IMG/VR virus record: IMGVR_UViG_3300029305_003084
Length of the DNA stretch: 64,000 nucleotides
Direction: 5' to 3' (one strand)
From: a virus
Lineage: Duplodnaviria > Caudoviricetes
Shown: piece by piece, positions 10,060 through 20,000 of the stretch
Position numbering within the stretch: the first letter of the stretch is position 1
Layout: the number at the start of each line of letters is the position of its first letter
The notes under the pieces: generated by a model
Databases searched by the model: none
Told to the model about the DNA's origin: nothing
Seen by the model: the letters and a program-made list of their open reading frames with translations, nothing else
Position numbers and translations under genes: made by a program

Positions 10060-11165
10060 TTAGATATTTATTAAATGAACAGTACCAATCTGATGTTGAA
10101 TTTAACGAGTATTTACAGGAAAGAATGGAAATTGAATCGGATATGATTCTTTCTTGTATGGAGAATAATGTTATTCTCGAAGCTGAAACAAATCAAGCAA
10201 CAAATAAAACATCCTGGTTAGATAAATCAAAAGAAGTTGTACACAGAATATTTGGTAAATTTATTGAAAAGTTCACAGATACTATTACTGATAAAAAATT
10301 AGAATGGTTTGAGAAGAATTATAGTAAATTTGCAAATATTGATTATAGTGGACTAAGTACAAATCTAACCCCTAGATGGAAATATAGTACTGATAAAATG
10401 ACTACTACCATGAATAACATCATTGGCATGTTAGATAGTAATAATAAGCCTAGTGCTACTGAATTGGATAATTTAACGAGTCGGGAAAATGTTGAAAAAT
10501 ATAAAGAGTTTGGTAAAATTACGATTAACGGTAAGAGTTTTGGTGAAAGTTTAAAAATTAAGTTTAGTGGTGGGACGACAGAAGAACCTAAACTTGTTAA
10601 TATCAATGAAAATTCTTCTCCTAAATTTTCTGACATTTGTTTAAATTATGCAATTCCTTATATTAGAAATTATAAGAAAAATGTAAATAACGCCAGAGCT
10701 TCTATGAGAAGTTATGATACAAAATTAGATAATATTAAACGAGAATTAGAGCGACGAGATAAGAATCAATTAAAAGAATCGTATTTTTTAATTGAAGAAT
10801 GTTATTTTGATGAATCTTCTTTATATTATCTATTAGAAGCAGATGAATCGGATACTAAAGCAGAAGGTTCAAAAATTATTGATAATAAAGATAATCAACC
10901 AAAAGAAGGTAAAGTTATTGATAACAATAAACTTGATACTAAAAATGATAATAAAAATGAGTTAGCCCAACTATCCACAAAAGAATTACAATATTATAAA
11001 ATCTGTATCAATTTAATTCAGTTAACTATTGCAACATATTTAACTGAAATTGAAAAGAGATTTAATATGTATATTCAAATTCTTCAGAATACATTAAATA
11101 GTAGAAAAGATACTATTAAAGAAGAATCTCAAAAAGAAGTAAAACAAGAAAAGAAGAATCAATAA
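10056..11165 (+). CDS. Putative internal head protein paralog 4
   Basis: ILEAE...VVHRIFGKFIEKF; overlaps the stop of the upstream gene. Confidence 0.45.
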   Translation: MIRYLLNEQYQSDVEFNEYLQERMEIESDMILSCMENNVILEAETNQATNKTSWLDKSKEVVHRIFGKFIEKFTDTITDKKLEWFEKNYSKFANIDYSGLSTNLTPRWKYSTDKMTTTMNNIIGMLDSNNKPSATELDNLTSRENVEKYKEFGKITINGKSFGESLKIKFSGGTTEEPKLVNINENSSPKFSDICLNYAIPYIRNYKKNVNNARASMRSYDTKLDNIKRELERRDKNQLKESYFLIEECYFDESSLYYLLEADESDTKAEGSKIIDNKDNQPKEGKVIDNNKLDTKNDNKNELAQLSTKELQYYKICINLIQLTIATYLTEIEKRFNMYIQILQNTLNSRKDTIKEESQKEVKQEKKNQ

Positions 11166-11171
11166 AAAAAT

Positions 11172-11214
11172 AAACAGATATAGGATCATATAAAATATGC
11201 CTATATCTGTTTTT
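11172..11214. terminator. Bidirectional terminator of the GATATAG...CTATATC family; similar hairpins near 12866, 49592, 50277, 51086, 53660, 59810, 60277, 62520, 63820
   Basis: Hairpin with A/T tails between convergent genes. Confidence 0.7.
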
Positions 11215-11215
11215 A

Positions 11216-12451
11216 TTATTTCGGTTTTTTAAATTTAAGTGCAGCTTCAATACTAAAGTCATCACCTTCTCGTTCAAACATTAGTATCTCGGAAGATAAT
11301 CTATAATTACCACCGTATTCTTTTTGTAATTCTGAACCTTCACATATAAATGAATACTGTTTATTGGGAGATAGTAACCCCATATCAAAATCTACTGCGT
11401 TTATAGTAAGAATATGATCATTTTCAATTTTTTCATTTTCAATCATATCTTTTAAGAAAGGATTATTGAAATTATTTACTAAGTACTTACTATTATGATT
11501 TGAACGTACTCTAACATCTGGTTTTGCTGTAGATACACTATCTGAGCTACCACTAATTAAATTTACTTCAGAGCCACTTATTTCATTTTCAATAATAGAT
11601 TTTGTATTGATTGATAGGTTATCCCTGGTCACATGAAGAGTATATGTCTTTGTTATATTATCTTTAAAATTACCAGGAGTAAAACTTCTATTATTTGCAG
11701 TTTTATATACTTCAATAATGACCTTTTTATACTCATTAGGTTTATATGTATTACCTAGTGCAGTTTTACTTAATAGATAAGTTGTGTCGAAATCATAAAA
11801 TAGAATTGATCCATTCTTATAAAATCCATATCGCTTTTCTAAATATAATATATTTTGAATAATTGTAGTAGGTAATAATGCAATTTCATTATATTGATTT
11901 GTATTTTGTAATGGGCTCATCAATAATTTAGATGTTCCTGATTTTGATAATAAATATACAAGAGCATCTGTAATATTAGATGATTGTAATATTCTGTTTA
12001 TTACAGTTCTTGACGATGTTATGTCAGATTCTTTGAATAAATATAATTCAATAAAACCACCAGTCATTTGGTTATCTGTGATATCCATCATTCTATTATA
12101 ATTATCTTTATCTAAATGGAAATTATCGTCATCAGTATATATTGCAAATGTTGAATCAAAAATAGTTTCTCTAAATTTAACTTTTTCTGTATCAGTATAT
12201 TGATATGATTCTAATTTGACATTAAATTTTACAGTTGTTTTATTTTTGACTATTTTATAGTAGAGTGGATAGTCGATTAATAATTTTACTTGGAAAATAG
12301 GAAAAAATAAATTATCATAATCACGTTCTATACGAAAGCTATAAATATTAGCTTGTCTCAATTTTAAAGGTTCTTCATTCGGGATGATAATATCAAATTT
12401 TGATATTAAATATCTATAAAAATTAGTTCTTGTTTCCATATATCTTATCAC
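11216..12451 (-). CDS. Putative baseplate hub/tail structural protein
   Basis: 411 aa; CACA-N6-TA upstream; C-terminal LLSPNKQY...YGGNYRLSS is hub-like. Confidence 0.45.
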   Translation of the reverse strand: MIRYMETRTNFYRYLISKFDIIIPNEEPLKLRQANIYSFRIERDYDNLFFPIFQVKLLIDYPLYYKIVKNKTTVKFNVKLESYQYTDTEKVKFRETIFDSTFAIYTDDDNFHLDKDNYNRMMDITDNQMTGGFIELYLFKESDITSSRTVINRILQSSNITDALVYLLSKSGTSKLLMSPLQNTNQYNEIALLPTTIIQNILYLEKRYGFYKNGSILFYDFDTTYLLSKTALGNTYKPNEYKKVIIEVYKTANNRSFTPGNFKDNITKTYTLHVTRDNLSINTKSIIENEISGSEVNLISGSSDSVSTAKPDVRVRSNHNSKYLVNNFNNPFLKDMIENEKIENDHILTINAVDFDMGLLSPNKQYSFICEGSELQKEYGGNYRLSSEILMFEREGDDFSIEAALKFKKPK

Positions 12452-12527
12452 CTCGTTTATACTTATAATATTGTGGTATTTATATAAAAAAAGAAAGGTG
12501 TCTAAATAGACACCTTTCGTATATGTG

Positions 12528-12770
12528 TTATCTCAGAATATTTCCAAAAGGTCCTTTTACAGTAACCGTACCGTTTTTATTATAGGTATAGTGTTCTTCA
12601 TACCCATTATTATCTCGATAAGAAATAAGACGACCCTGAGCATCATATTCTCTCCAGGATTCTGCACCTTCATCATTTTTACGATGCAGAGGCTTGCAGT
12701 TGCAGTTCAGTTCTGCAAATTCATGTTCCTTAACCAGAGTGCCGATGCTGTTGTTGTAATTTCTTTTCAT
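12528..12770 (-). CDS. MKRDYN-family YD-repeat-like small protein
   Basis: MKRNYN...ELNCNC leader; EYDAQGRLISYRDNNG. Confidence 0.7.
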   Translation of the reverse strand: MKRNYNNSIGTLVKEHEFAELNCNCKPLHRKNDEGAESWREYDAQGRLISYRDNNGYEEHYTYNKNGTVTVKGPFGNILR

Positions 12771-12901
12771 GATACTATCTCCTTAAAATGATTTTTTTTG
12801 ATGTAAATTATATTTACATTACTTTTATAATATATATTTATAATCTTTAAATTTACGAAAAAAAGAAAGATATGGGAATATTCCCATATCTTTCTTTATA
12901 A

Positions 12902-13495
12902 TTAATCTATTGTAGTTTTTACAAGTAAATCAGGATACATATCACAAACACTCATATTACAAATATCATGATATTGTTTTCGATCACTATTGCGTTCAAA
13001 TCGTATTGGCTTTCCATTTTTATCATATATGATCCATGATTCATATCCACTATTATCTTTATAATGAGTGGATAATGGGTTATATTCCCATTGTTTTACA
13101 TTTCCATCAGAATCCTTTATGCAGATAAGACGATTTTTATTATCGTACTCTAGCCAATATTCATATGATGTAATACAATTTTTGACATGAATCTGATTGT
13201 CATTATCATCATATTCGTACTCAAACCATGTATCGAAACTATCCTTCCATAGCAATAAATTTCCTCTAGAATCATAATCTTTCCATATTTCAGATATTTC
13301 GGTTTCTTCACCATATGTTATTTTTGTCATATTATAAATCTCTTTACCGTTATCATTATATGTATAGTATTCTTCTAAAATAATTGCCAATTCACCAGAT
13401 TTAGTGTAGATCGGATCACAATTACAATTAATTGCTTCATATCCATCATCTAATAATACAAAAGCTACTATTCTATTATAATCACGTTTCATCAT
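12902..13495 (-). CDS. MKRDYN-family YD-repeat-like protein
   Basis: MKRDYNRIVA...INCNC; several YDxxG repeats. Confidence 0.75.
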   Translation of the reverse strand: MMKRDYNRIVAFVLLDDGYEAINCNCDPIYTKSGELAIILEEYYTYNDNGKEIYNMTKITYGEETEISEIWKDYDSRGNLLLWKDSFDTWFEYEYDDNDNQIHVKNCITSYEYWLEYDNKNRLICIKDSDGNVKQWEYNPLSTHYKDNSGYESWIIYDKNGKPIRFERNSDRKQYHDICNMSVCDMYPDLLVKTTID

Positions 13496-13513
13496 ATTCT
13501 ACACATCCTATTA

Positions 13514-14026
13514 TTAATGATCAATGTCAGTTGTATTATTAATAAGTGATTTTGAGTTAGAAGTAGAGAGTTTTTCATTAAGCTTTTTTTTATATGCTTT
13601 ATTACCACACTTAATGATTGCTATTGCCTCTTTTAAATCATATTCAGTATTCCAGTAGATAACTCTTTTTCTATTTAGTTTATAGATACAATATATTGGA
13701 ATGTTATTAATATAAAGTATCTTTACTTCTGGTGAACATGTGTAAAATGGAAGACCTTCTGGTTTATTTAAATACTCATCATATGTATAAGTTTCGACTA
13801 GAGATCCTTTATAATAGAATTTAAAAGGTGAGTATTCTGGCTCTCCAGTTTTAAGCCAATCAAGATTATGTACGTTGAACCTATATAGTATACTATCATA
13901 ATACCATGGCTCAAATTTAAATTCTTTAGCAATTGCTATACAAAACAGCACTAATACGAATATCACATCCGTTATGATAATAAATGCAAGAGAATGATTA
14001 TTATAAAATTGACCAATTATGTTCAT
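13514..14026 (-). CDS. Hypothetical membrane-anchored protein
   Basis: AAGGAG RBS before MNIIGQ; N-terminal TM helix. Confidence 0.55.
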   Translation of the reverse strand: MNIIGQFYNNHSLAFIIITDVIFVLVLFCIAIAKEFKFEPWYYDSILYRFNVHNLDWLKTGEPEYSPFKFYYKGSLVETYTYDEYLNKPEGLPFYTCSPEVKILYINNIPIYCIYKLNRKRVIYWNTEYDLKEAIAIIKCGNKAYKKKLNEKLSTSNSKSLINNTTDIDH

Positions 14027-14045
14027 AATATACTCCTTATATAAA

Positions 14046-14441
14046 TTATACATTTAGTGATTTTATAAAATTGATACGATCTCTTTCCAACCACACTTCA
14101 TTATGTCTGAGCTCAATATTTATATCAAGCTTTTGTAGAATTTCATCAATAGTGTATTTTCCATCTTCGGTATCAGTACCATTAATCATTAGCAGGACTA
14201 TCTTAATCAAACGATCTCGAGTTAACATCATTAATTCAGTGGATCGCTTTTCAATAATTTTTGTTTTGCATTTTTCAGGCATTGATACATCAACAGTATA
14301 AACACTTTTAGATTCATCAATGTCAAATTCTTTAATTAACATACCATGCATTAGTAATAATGACAGATGTTCGCCAATTTTTTCTTTTCCAGGATATTCT
14401 TCAGTTTTCTTCTTTTTAGGGAATTCAATGATTTTAGCCAT
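14046..14441 (-). CDS. Hypothetical protein
   Basis: AGGAGG RBS, operon context. Confidence 0.6.
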   Translation of the reverse strand: MAKIIEFPKKKKTEEYPGKEKIGEHLSLLLMHGMLIKEFDIDESKSVYTVDVSMPEKCKTKIIEKRSTELMMLTRDRLIKIVLLMINGTDTEDGKYTIDEILQKLDINIELRHNEVWLERDRINFIKSLNV

Positions 14442-15162
14442 TATATATTTTCCTCCTTATATCGGCAAAAATTTCATGTAATTTGGTATTATTACATGAG
14501 TTATATTTAGGAAAGTTTTCCATAATCCGTTCATATATTAACTCATTTGCCTGATTTCCACCACAGCTATCTGCAACATATGCATTTTCACCAAATAAGT
14601 ATTTAAATATCTTATTTAAAATTTCTTGAGCATTTGATTCATATGTATCTCTTATAGTCTTATCTTCAACACGGATTAATTCTGCTTTATCAGAATAGTA
14701 ATATGTTTTATCAACACCTTTACTATTCTTATAATCAATGGAGTTTGTATCCTCATTATATTTATAGTTACATGAATATTTGCTTAACTTGGTGAGAACA
14801 ATACGATTATTCAATTCATCATAATCTCTCCACTCACCTTTAAAGCCCCAAGAAGTTTTACGAAAGATTGGTAATCCATTATCATTATGATAATACCATT
14901 GTTCTACACCATTACAATTTTTGGTCCATGTAGTATTATTGAATTTATCATAATGATATTGATGTGGATTAGATTGATCGGGAAATTTTTTATAAATGAT
15001 GTTACCATTATCATCATACATTCTTTCAATGAATCCTTTTTCTCGTCTTTCTAAATAAATTACATCAGGTTCATGTTTTTCTTGAAAGTTTTCTTCCATA
15101 TATCGCATATCAATTGTACTCCTCTCTTGATAATATTTGCTTTGCAAGTTTATCACCACCAT
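14434..15162 (-). CDS. YD-repeat-like protein (true start probably downstream)
   Basis: YDDNGNIIY, YDKFNN and YDELNN repeats. Confidence 0.6.
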   Translation of the reverse strand: MVVINLQSKYYQERSTIDMRYMEENFQEKHEPDVIYLERREKGFIERMYDDNGNIIYKKFPDQSNPHQYHYDKFNNTTWTKNCNGVEQWYYHNDNGLPIFRKTSWGFKGEWRDYDELNNRIVLTKLSKYSCNYKYNEDTNSIDYKNSKGVDKTYYYSDKAELIRVEDKTIRDTYESNAQEILNKIFKYLFGENAYVADSCGGNQANELIYERIMENFPKYNSCNNTKLHEIFADIRRKIYNG

Positions 15163-15541
15163 ATGTATTGTATGTGACTATTGCTTGATGTACAGTATTC
15201 ATTTCAAGTTTTGTTAATCGATGATAATGTATATCATTTACACTTTCGTGTTTTAAATATCCGATGATTTTATTATCTGGAAGTTTTACATATATACATT
15301 CTTCATATTCTCCATAATATTCTCTTTCTCGTATCATTTTAAGCAGAACACCATATGTATCAAATACATATCGAATATATAGTCCAGGCTGATATACTAC
15401 TGTATCATTTTCAATATATAACGATTCATCGGTATATCCATGATCCTGTATAAATATAATCTTATTCAGTTTATTATTGCTGTCATATTCATATCTAATA
15501 TTAGACGAATCTTCTTTTTTGGTTAATATTAACTTTTTCAT
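15110..15541 (-). CDS. TKKDDS-family hypothetical protein
   Basis: N- and C-termini nearly identical to 15547..15966. Confidence 0.7.
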   Translation of the reverse strand: MKKLILTKKEDSSNIRYEYDSNNKLNKIIFIQDHGYTDESLYIENDTVVYQPGLYIRYVFDTYGVLLKMIREREYYGEYEECIYVKLPDNKIIGYLKHESVNDIHYHRLTKLEMNTVHQAIVTYNTYGGDKLAKQILSREEYN

Positions 15542-15546
15542 AATAA

Positions 15547-15966
15547 TTACTCCTTTTTTAATAAAATCTGTTTTGCAAGTTTGTTTCCACCATATGTCCT
15601 ATACATTTCTGTTGCATGATTTATATCTTGTGCTTCACAAATACTTAAATCACGATAAATTATATGACCGTCACCATCTTCCATTATTAATCCGATAACA
15701 ATATTTTTATTCATAACATATGAATATTCGCTATATTCTCCATAATATTGATCCTCTAGTATCTTTTTAATTGGATTTCCATATTCATCAAATACAAATC
15801 GAACATCGAGATCATGTTGATAAATAACTGTGTCATTTTCTATACACAACATCCCAGTACAACCAATAGAATGATTAAATATGATTTTATTCAGTTTATT
15901 ATTACTATCATATTCATATCTAATATTAGACGAATCATCTTTTTTAGTCATTATTAATTTTTTCAT
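15547..15966 (-). CDS. TKKDDS-family hypothetical protein
   Basis: MKKLIMTKKDDSSNIRYEYDSNNKLNKIIF; AAGGAG RBS. Confidence 0.7.
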   Translation of the reverse strand: MKKLIMTKKDDSSNIRYEYDSNNKLNKIIFNHSIGCTGMLCIENDTVIYQHDLDVRFVFDEYGNPIKKILEDQYYGEYSEYSYVMNKNIVIGLIMEDGDGHIIYRDLSICEAQDINHATEMYRTYGGNKLAKQILLKKE

Positions 15967-15979
15967 TATACTTACTCCT

Positions 15980-16396
15980 TTATTTAATTCTTTTAATATA
16001 ATACGCAGGAATGAGCTCACATCCAGCTAAAGCAATATGTTGAATCCATTCTTTTGTAATAAGTATAAATGAATTTTCAAAAGAAGAACTATGTCTTTCT
16101 GAAATTAACCAATAATTATCTTTATCTTTATATACAATATATGGACAATCATACTTTAATACAATTTCTCTAGAAGTATTTCGTCTAACGAGTTCTAGCT
16201 TAAATTTAAATGTACCACACTCATGATATTTAAATGTATAAAGCATACGGTCAATTATAGTTTTTAATATATCATACTTAGACTCTACATCAAACCCAAA
16301 ATCATACATTACTAACATACGATAATTATCAGGAACTCCGATAGATGCAATCTTCTTATCATTGCAATAAATTCTAGTATAATATCTGGTGCTCAT
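15980..16396 (-). CDS. RIYCND-family hypothetical protein
   Basis: Similar to 47858..48196 and 47453..47848. Confidence 0.6.
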   Translation of the reverse strand: MSTRYYTRIYCNDKKIASIGVPDNYRMLVMYDFGFDVESKYDILKTIIDRMLYTFKYHECGTFKFKLELVRRNTSREIVLKYDCPYIVYKDKDNYWLISERHSSSFENSFILITKEWIQHIALAGCELIPAYYIKRIK

Positions 16397-16402
16397 AATG
16401 TA

Positions 16403-16864
16403 TTACTCCTTTAATTTAGATTTTACGATTGTTGCTTCGGCAAGTAAGATTTTAGTAAAAACAGACTTATAGTCACTTACAATTTTTTCATAGTTGATAA
16501 AAGATGTATTATTACTGACAACATCCAATTTTAACCATTTATGTGTGGGAAAATTGTATAGTATACTTATTTTATTATATCCCATTTTATCATTTATAAT
16601 TTCTAAATCTCTTCTACTAGGAACTTTTGCAAATTTAAAATATTTAGCTTTATGTAAATTATCGAAATTTACTTGAGAGAAGTCACTAGTTAAAATGATA
16701 GTGCCTTCATCTTCCCATCGTTGTAATATTTTACGACATTCATTATCAATAAAAGATTCAAATTGAGACTCTAGTCCATATGAATCTTTAGCATATAATG
16801 TTGATCCATTATTTAGTTTAATAAATACACCTTCATCTACGATAAAGTCTTTCATGTCTATCAT
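16403..16864 (-). CDS. Hypothetical protein
   Basis: GGAGG RBS, operon context. Confidence 0.6.
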   Translation of the reverse strand: MIDMKDFIVDEGVFIKLNNGSTLYAKDSYGLESQFESFIDNECRKILQRWEDEGTIILTSDFSQVNFDNLHKAKYFKFAKVPSRRDLEIINDKMGYNKISILYNFPTHKWLKLDVVSNNTSFINYEKIVSDYKSVFTKILLAEATIVKSKLKE

Positions 16865-17071
16865 AATTTATTCCTCCAATCCATTATTATCTTCAATTTC
16901 TATTAATTTAATAAATCTTCTCATATCGTTAATTGATTTATTAAATTTCCTATGTTGAATATTTTGACAAATATCCTTAATCATTGCATATGCTCCGAGA
17001 ATCATCCATAATATAAAAATGATACCTATCACTATAGCTCCCATAATTATCAGCTCCGATCATATTAATTA

Positions 17072-17344
17072 TTATTCATCATATTTTACAGAATATGTAT
17101 ATCCTGTTTCAGTAGTAATTTTAAGAGTTTTATCTTCGTCATTATATTCGAATTTCCATGAAAGACCAGTAGAACTATAAGCTATTTGTTTTCTTCCATA
17201 TTCATCATATTTAGATTTAGACCAACCACCCCAATAATATTCAGTATGGATTGGTTTCATGTCACAATTTACTGCAACATATTTTAATGATCTTTTACCA
17301 TTATATATAACAAAGGCTTCTATTCGGTTATAATCTTTTTTCAT
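17072..17344 (-). CDS. MKRDYN-family protein
   Basis: MKKDYNRIEA...VNCD; KYDEYG. Confidence 0.7.
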   Translation of the reverse strand: MKKDYNRIEAFVIYNGKRSLKYVAVNCDMKPIHTEYYWGGWSKSKYDEYGRKQIAYSSTGLSWKFEYNDEDKTLKITTETGYTYSVKYDE

Positions 17345-17354
17345 GATTTTCTCT

Positions 17355-17708
17355 TTATTTTTCTTTAAATGTATACATCATAGTCTGTTCATCATATTTT
17401 AATATAACATTATGGTTTGGTACAATTTCATGCTTTCCATTTCTAACCACAGAACATTCTATTTCACCATTCGGAAATTTTGCAACATATGATTGGATAT
17501 GTTTGGTATCATCAACATAATTAATCCAATTTTCAAATCCACTATTATTTGTATGATATACCACGCGACCATATTCGTCATATCTACAATAATCATTGTA
17601 TCTGTCTTCTACAACATAATTGATGAAATTATAGTCACAGTTTACTAATACATACCAATTTGGTCCATATATAATAGCAGCTTCTACTCTATTATAATCT
17701 CTTTTCAT
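17355..17708 (-). CDS. MKRDYN-family protein
   Basis: MKRDYNRVEA...VNCD; RYDEYGRVVY. Confidence 0.7.
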   Translation of the reverse strand: MKRDYNRVEAAIIYGPNWYVLVNCDYNFINYVVEDRYNDYCRYDEYGRVVYHTNNSGFENWINYVDDTKHIQSYVAKFPNGEIECSVVRNGKHEIVPNHNVILKYDEQTMMYTFKEK

Positions 17709-17720
17709 AGTTTATTCACC

Positions 17721-18095
17721 TCATTTAAAGAAATTTTGCACTTTAAGTTGTTTCCCAACCATTGATATCATATCTCTTGCAAATGTAACATTACCCCAAT
17801 CAATTTTTCTTGGATGTCGATGTATATTCATAATCTTTCTACCAATAATGTCACCATTAGAATCAGTTGTCGTCTCATACTCAATATCTCTTTCAATGTA
17901 TTCAGTTAATTCTTTATATTTATTAAATTTAATTATCGTACCATTATCATTATACACGATGTTTTCATTTTCAATATATAATGAAAATGATTCACCATCA
18001 ACAGGCACAACTCTAATGTGATTTAATTTATGATTACTATCATATCTATATCTAATATTAGCCGAATCATCTTTTTTAGTTAATATAACTTTCAT
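17721..18095 (-). CDS. TKKDDS-family hypothetical protein
   Basis: MKVILTKKDDSANIRYRYDSNHKLN. Confidence 0.65.
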   Translation of the reverse strand: MKVILTKKDDSANIRYRYDSNHKLNHIRVVPVDGESFSLYIENENIVYNDNGTIIKFNKYKELTEYIERDIEYETTTDSNGDIIGRKIMNIHRHPRKIDWGNVTFARDMISMVGKQLKVQNFFK

Positions 18096-18325
18096 AATAC
18101 ATTCTCCTTATTATTTAAATATTTATAGCTTATGTCAACACCCCATATATACGAATAGTATCATTAGTATAATATGTATATTGAATTGTATCGCCATTAC
18201 CATTTTATATCCCATGTATCATCATAATACCAATCCATAAATGCTCTAATAAATTTTGATAATACTAATTTGATAAAAATGAATGCTATTATACCAAAGA
18301 TTATATTATTTACTGTATCCATAGT

Positions 18326-18547
18326 TTAGTTTTCCTTATTTAAAATTTTATTTAATTTATCAATGAGTATTTCAATTTTCCCACTCCATCCAAGATATTG
18401 AATAATCGTTATGTATATCAATTGTCCAATAAATATAAAAACTCCATTCATATTTACTGAATGATATAACCATATACCTAATGTTGGTATAGCGATACCT
18501 GGTAGAAATAATATTATTGCAACTATAGTTTTACTTGATAATTTCAT
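18326..18547 (-). CDS. Small two-TM membrane protein
   Basis: AAGGAG RBS; two hydrophobic helices; first gene after the early promoter at 18588. Confidence 0.55.
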   Translation of the reverse strand: MKLSSKTIVAIILFLPGIAIPTLGIWLYHSVNMNGVFIFIGQLIYITIIQYLGWSGKIEILIDKLNKILNKEN

Positions 18548-18682
18548 AATATATTCTCCTTTAATAAATTTCATTATTATTACAATTATAATATATAATT
18601 GAAATTTTTGATAAAACGATTAATTATAAAAAAGTTAATAATAAAATATAATTTCATGTACATATATGTAATTAAAAAATAT

Positions 18683-18758
18683 GCTGGTGTAGCTCAGTTG
18701 GCAGAGCAGGTCATTTGTAATGATCAGGTCGGGGGTTCAAGTCCGTCCACCAGCTCCA
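18683..18758 (+). tRNA. tRNA-Thr(TGT)
   Basis: Cloverleaf; anticodon loop TTTGTAA; encoded CCA. Confidence 0.95.
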
Positions 18759-18850
18759 TGAAGAAATACATAATGTGTATTATTATATACACATTATGTA
18801 TTTTATAATATTTTATTATTTATATAACATAGTATTAATTGAAATTATAT

Positions 18851-18937
18851 GGAGAGATGTCCGAGTGGTTTAAGGAGCTGGTCTTGAAAACCAGTGACTC
18901 GATAGAGCCGTGGGTTCGAATCCCACTCTCTCCGCCA
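18851..18937 (+). tRNA. tRNA-Ser(TGA)
   Basis: Loop CTTGAAA, long variable arm, GCCA end. Confidence 0.95.
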
Positions 18938-18992
18938 CTTTAAATATACTATAATATTTTATTATTTAGATAACATATTATTAATCATATAC

Positions 18993-19086
18993 GGAGAAGT
19001 ACTCAAGAGGCTGAAGAGATTCCCCTGCTAAGGGAATAGGACACTAAAAAGGTGTTGCGAGGGTTCAAATCCCTCCTTCTCCGCCA
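18993..19086 (+). tRNA. tRNA-Ser(GCT)
   Basis: Loop CTGCTAA, long variable arm, GCCA end. Confidence 0.95.
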
Positions 19087-19091
19087 TATAT

Positions 19092-19167
19092 GTCTCAGTA
19101 GCTCAGTCGGTAGAGCGTTTGGCTGTTAACCAAAATGTCGTAGGATCGTGCCCTACCTGGGACGCCA
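19092..19167 (+). tRNA. tRNA-Asn(GTT)
   Basis: Loop CTGTTAA; atypical T-loop ATCGTGC; GCCA end. Confidence 0.9.
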
Positions 19168-19225
19168 CATGTAATGGTCTAATATATTTTATTAGACCAT
19201 TACTTTTTTATTATTTAAAAAATAC

Positions 19226-19312
19226 GCCGGAGTGGTGGAATCGGCAGACACCTGGGACTTAAAATCCCATGAGAGCGATCTCGTGCCAGTTCAAGTCTGG
19301 TCTCCGGCACCA
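19226..19312 (+). tRNA. tRNA-Leu(TAA)
   Basis: Loop CTTAAAA, variable arm, ACCA end. Confidence 0.95.
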
Positions 19313-19426
19313 CAAATTCTTACTCCCGTCCAGGATATACTGCAATCATTGCAGTATATCCTACTTTTTATTTAAAAAAAATATAATCAGATAAGCTATA
19401 AAATTATAGCTTATCTGATTTTTTAA

Positions 19427-19978
19427 TTAATAATCAATACCTTTAATCATAACAATTTGATCAGAATCATATCCATATTCAATATTATCAAGTACATTAT
19501 CAATTTGATAATCTTCTGCATATTTAGCATTATATTTATTTCCATGAATCTGTCTATTATATCGAATAGTTATACTTTTATGAGTTCCGTCATTCTTAAC
19601 CATAAATAATTCATCATGCAATGCATCATATAATACAAAATAATCAACTGTATTTGTTGAATATTCCTTTTTGATAGAACTTATAGTATGATTATTTAAA
19701 TTCCATCCATTTTTTGTTAATGGGAAAACAATAGTATTATCAGTTCCATTAGTTGATGTTTTTACTTGAATAGTATTCCATCGTCTACCAAAATATGCTA
19801 ATAGATCAATATCATATATGTCGACTTTCATTTTGGCTACAGAAATATCTCGTTTTGCAAATTTTAATATAGTGACGTATTCACCAATTGATCCAATCTG
19901 AACCGGATGATATGCGTCTTTTAATTTCTTTTTATATTTTTTAAAATCATCTTTACTCAATATATGTATATTATTCAT
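19427..19978 (-). CDS. PD-(D/E)XK endonuclease (I-Ssp6803I / group I intron-associated type), paralog 1
   Basis: GSIGE...IDLLAY...TIQVKT...VDYFVLYD motifs. Confidence 0.7.
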   Translation of the reverse strand: MNNIHILSKDDFKKYKKKLKDAYHPVQIGSIGEYVTILKFAKRDISVAKMKVDIYDIDLLAYFGRRWNTIQVKTSTNGTDNTIVFPLTKNGWNLNNHTISSIKKEYSTNTVDYFVLYDALHDELFMVKNDGTHKSITIRYNRQIHGNKYNAKYAEDYQIDNVLDNIEYGYDSDQIVMIKGIDY

Positions 19979-20000
19979 ACCATTTAACCCTCCTTGTATT

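Noticed and set aside
4932-10636. Antisense ORFs within head genes (4932, 7502, 8422, 9303, 9760, 10343) and similar nested ORFs elsewhere
   Set aside because: Fully nested opposite longer RBS-bearing genes; typical codon-bias shadows
18599-18808. 69-aa ORF
   Set aside because: Overlaps tRNA-Thr and AT-rich promoter DNA
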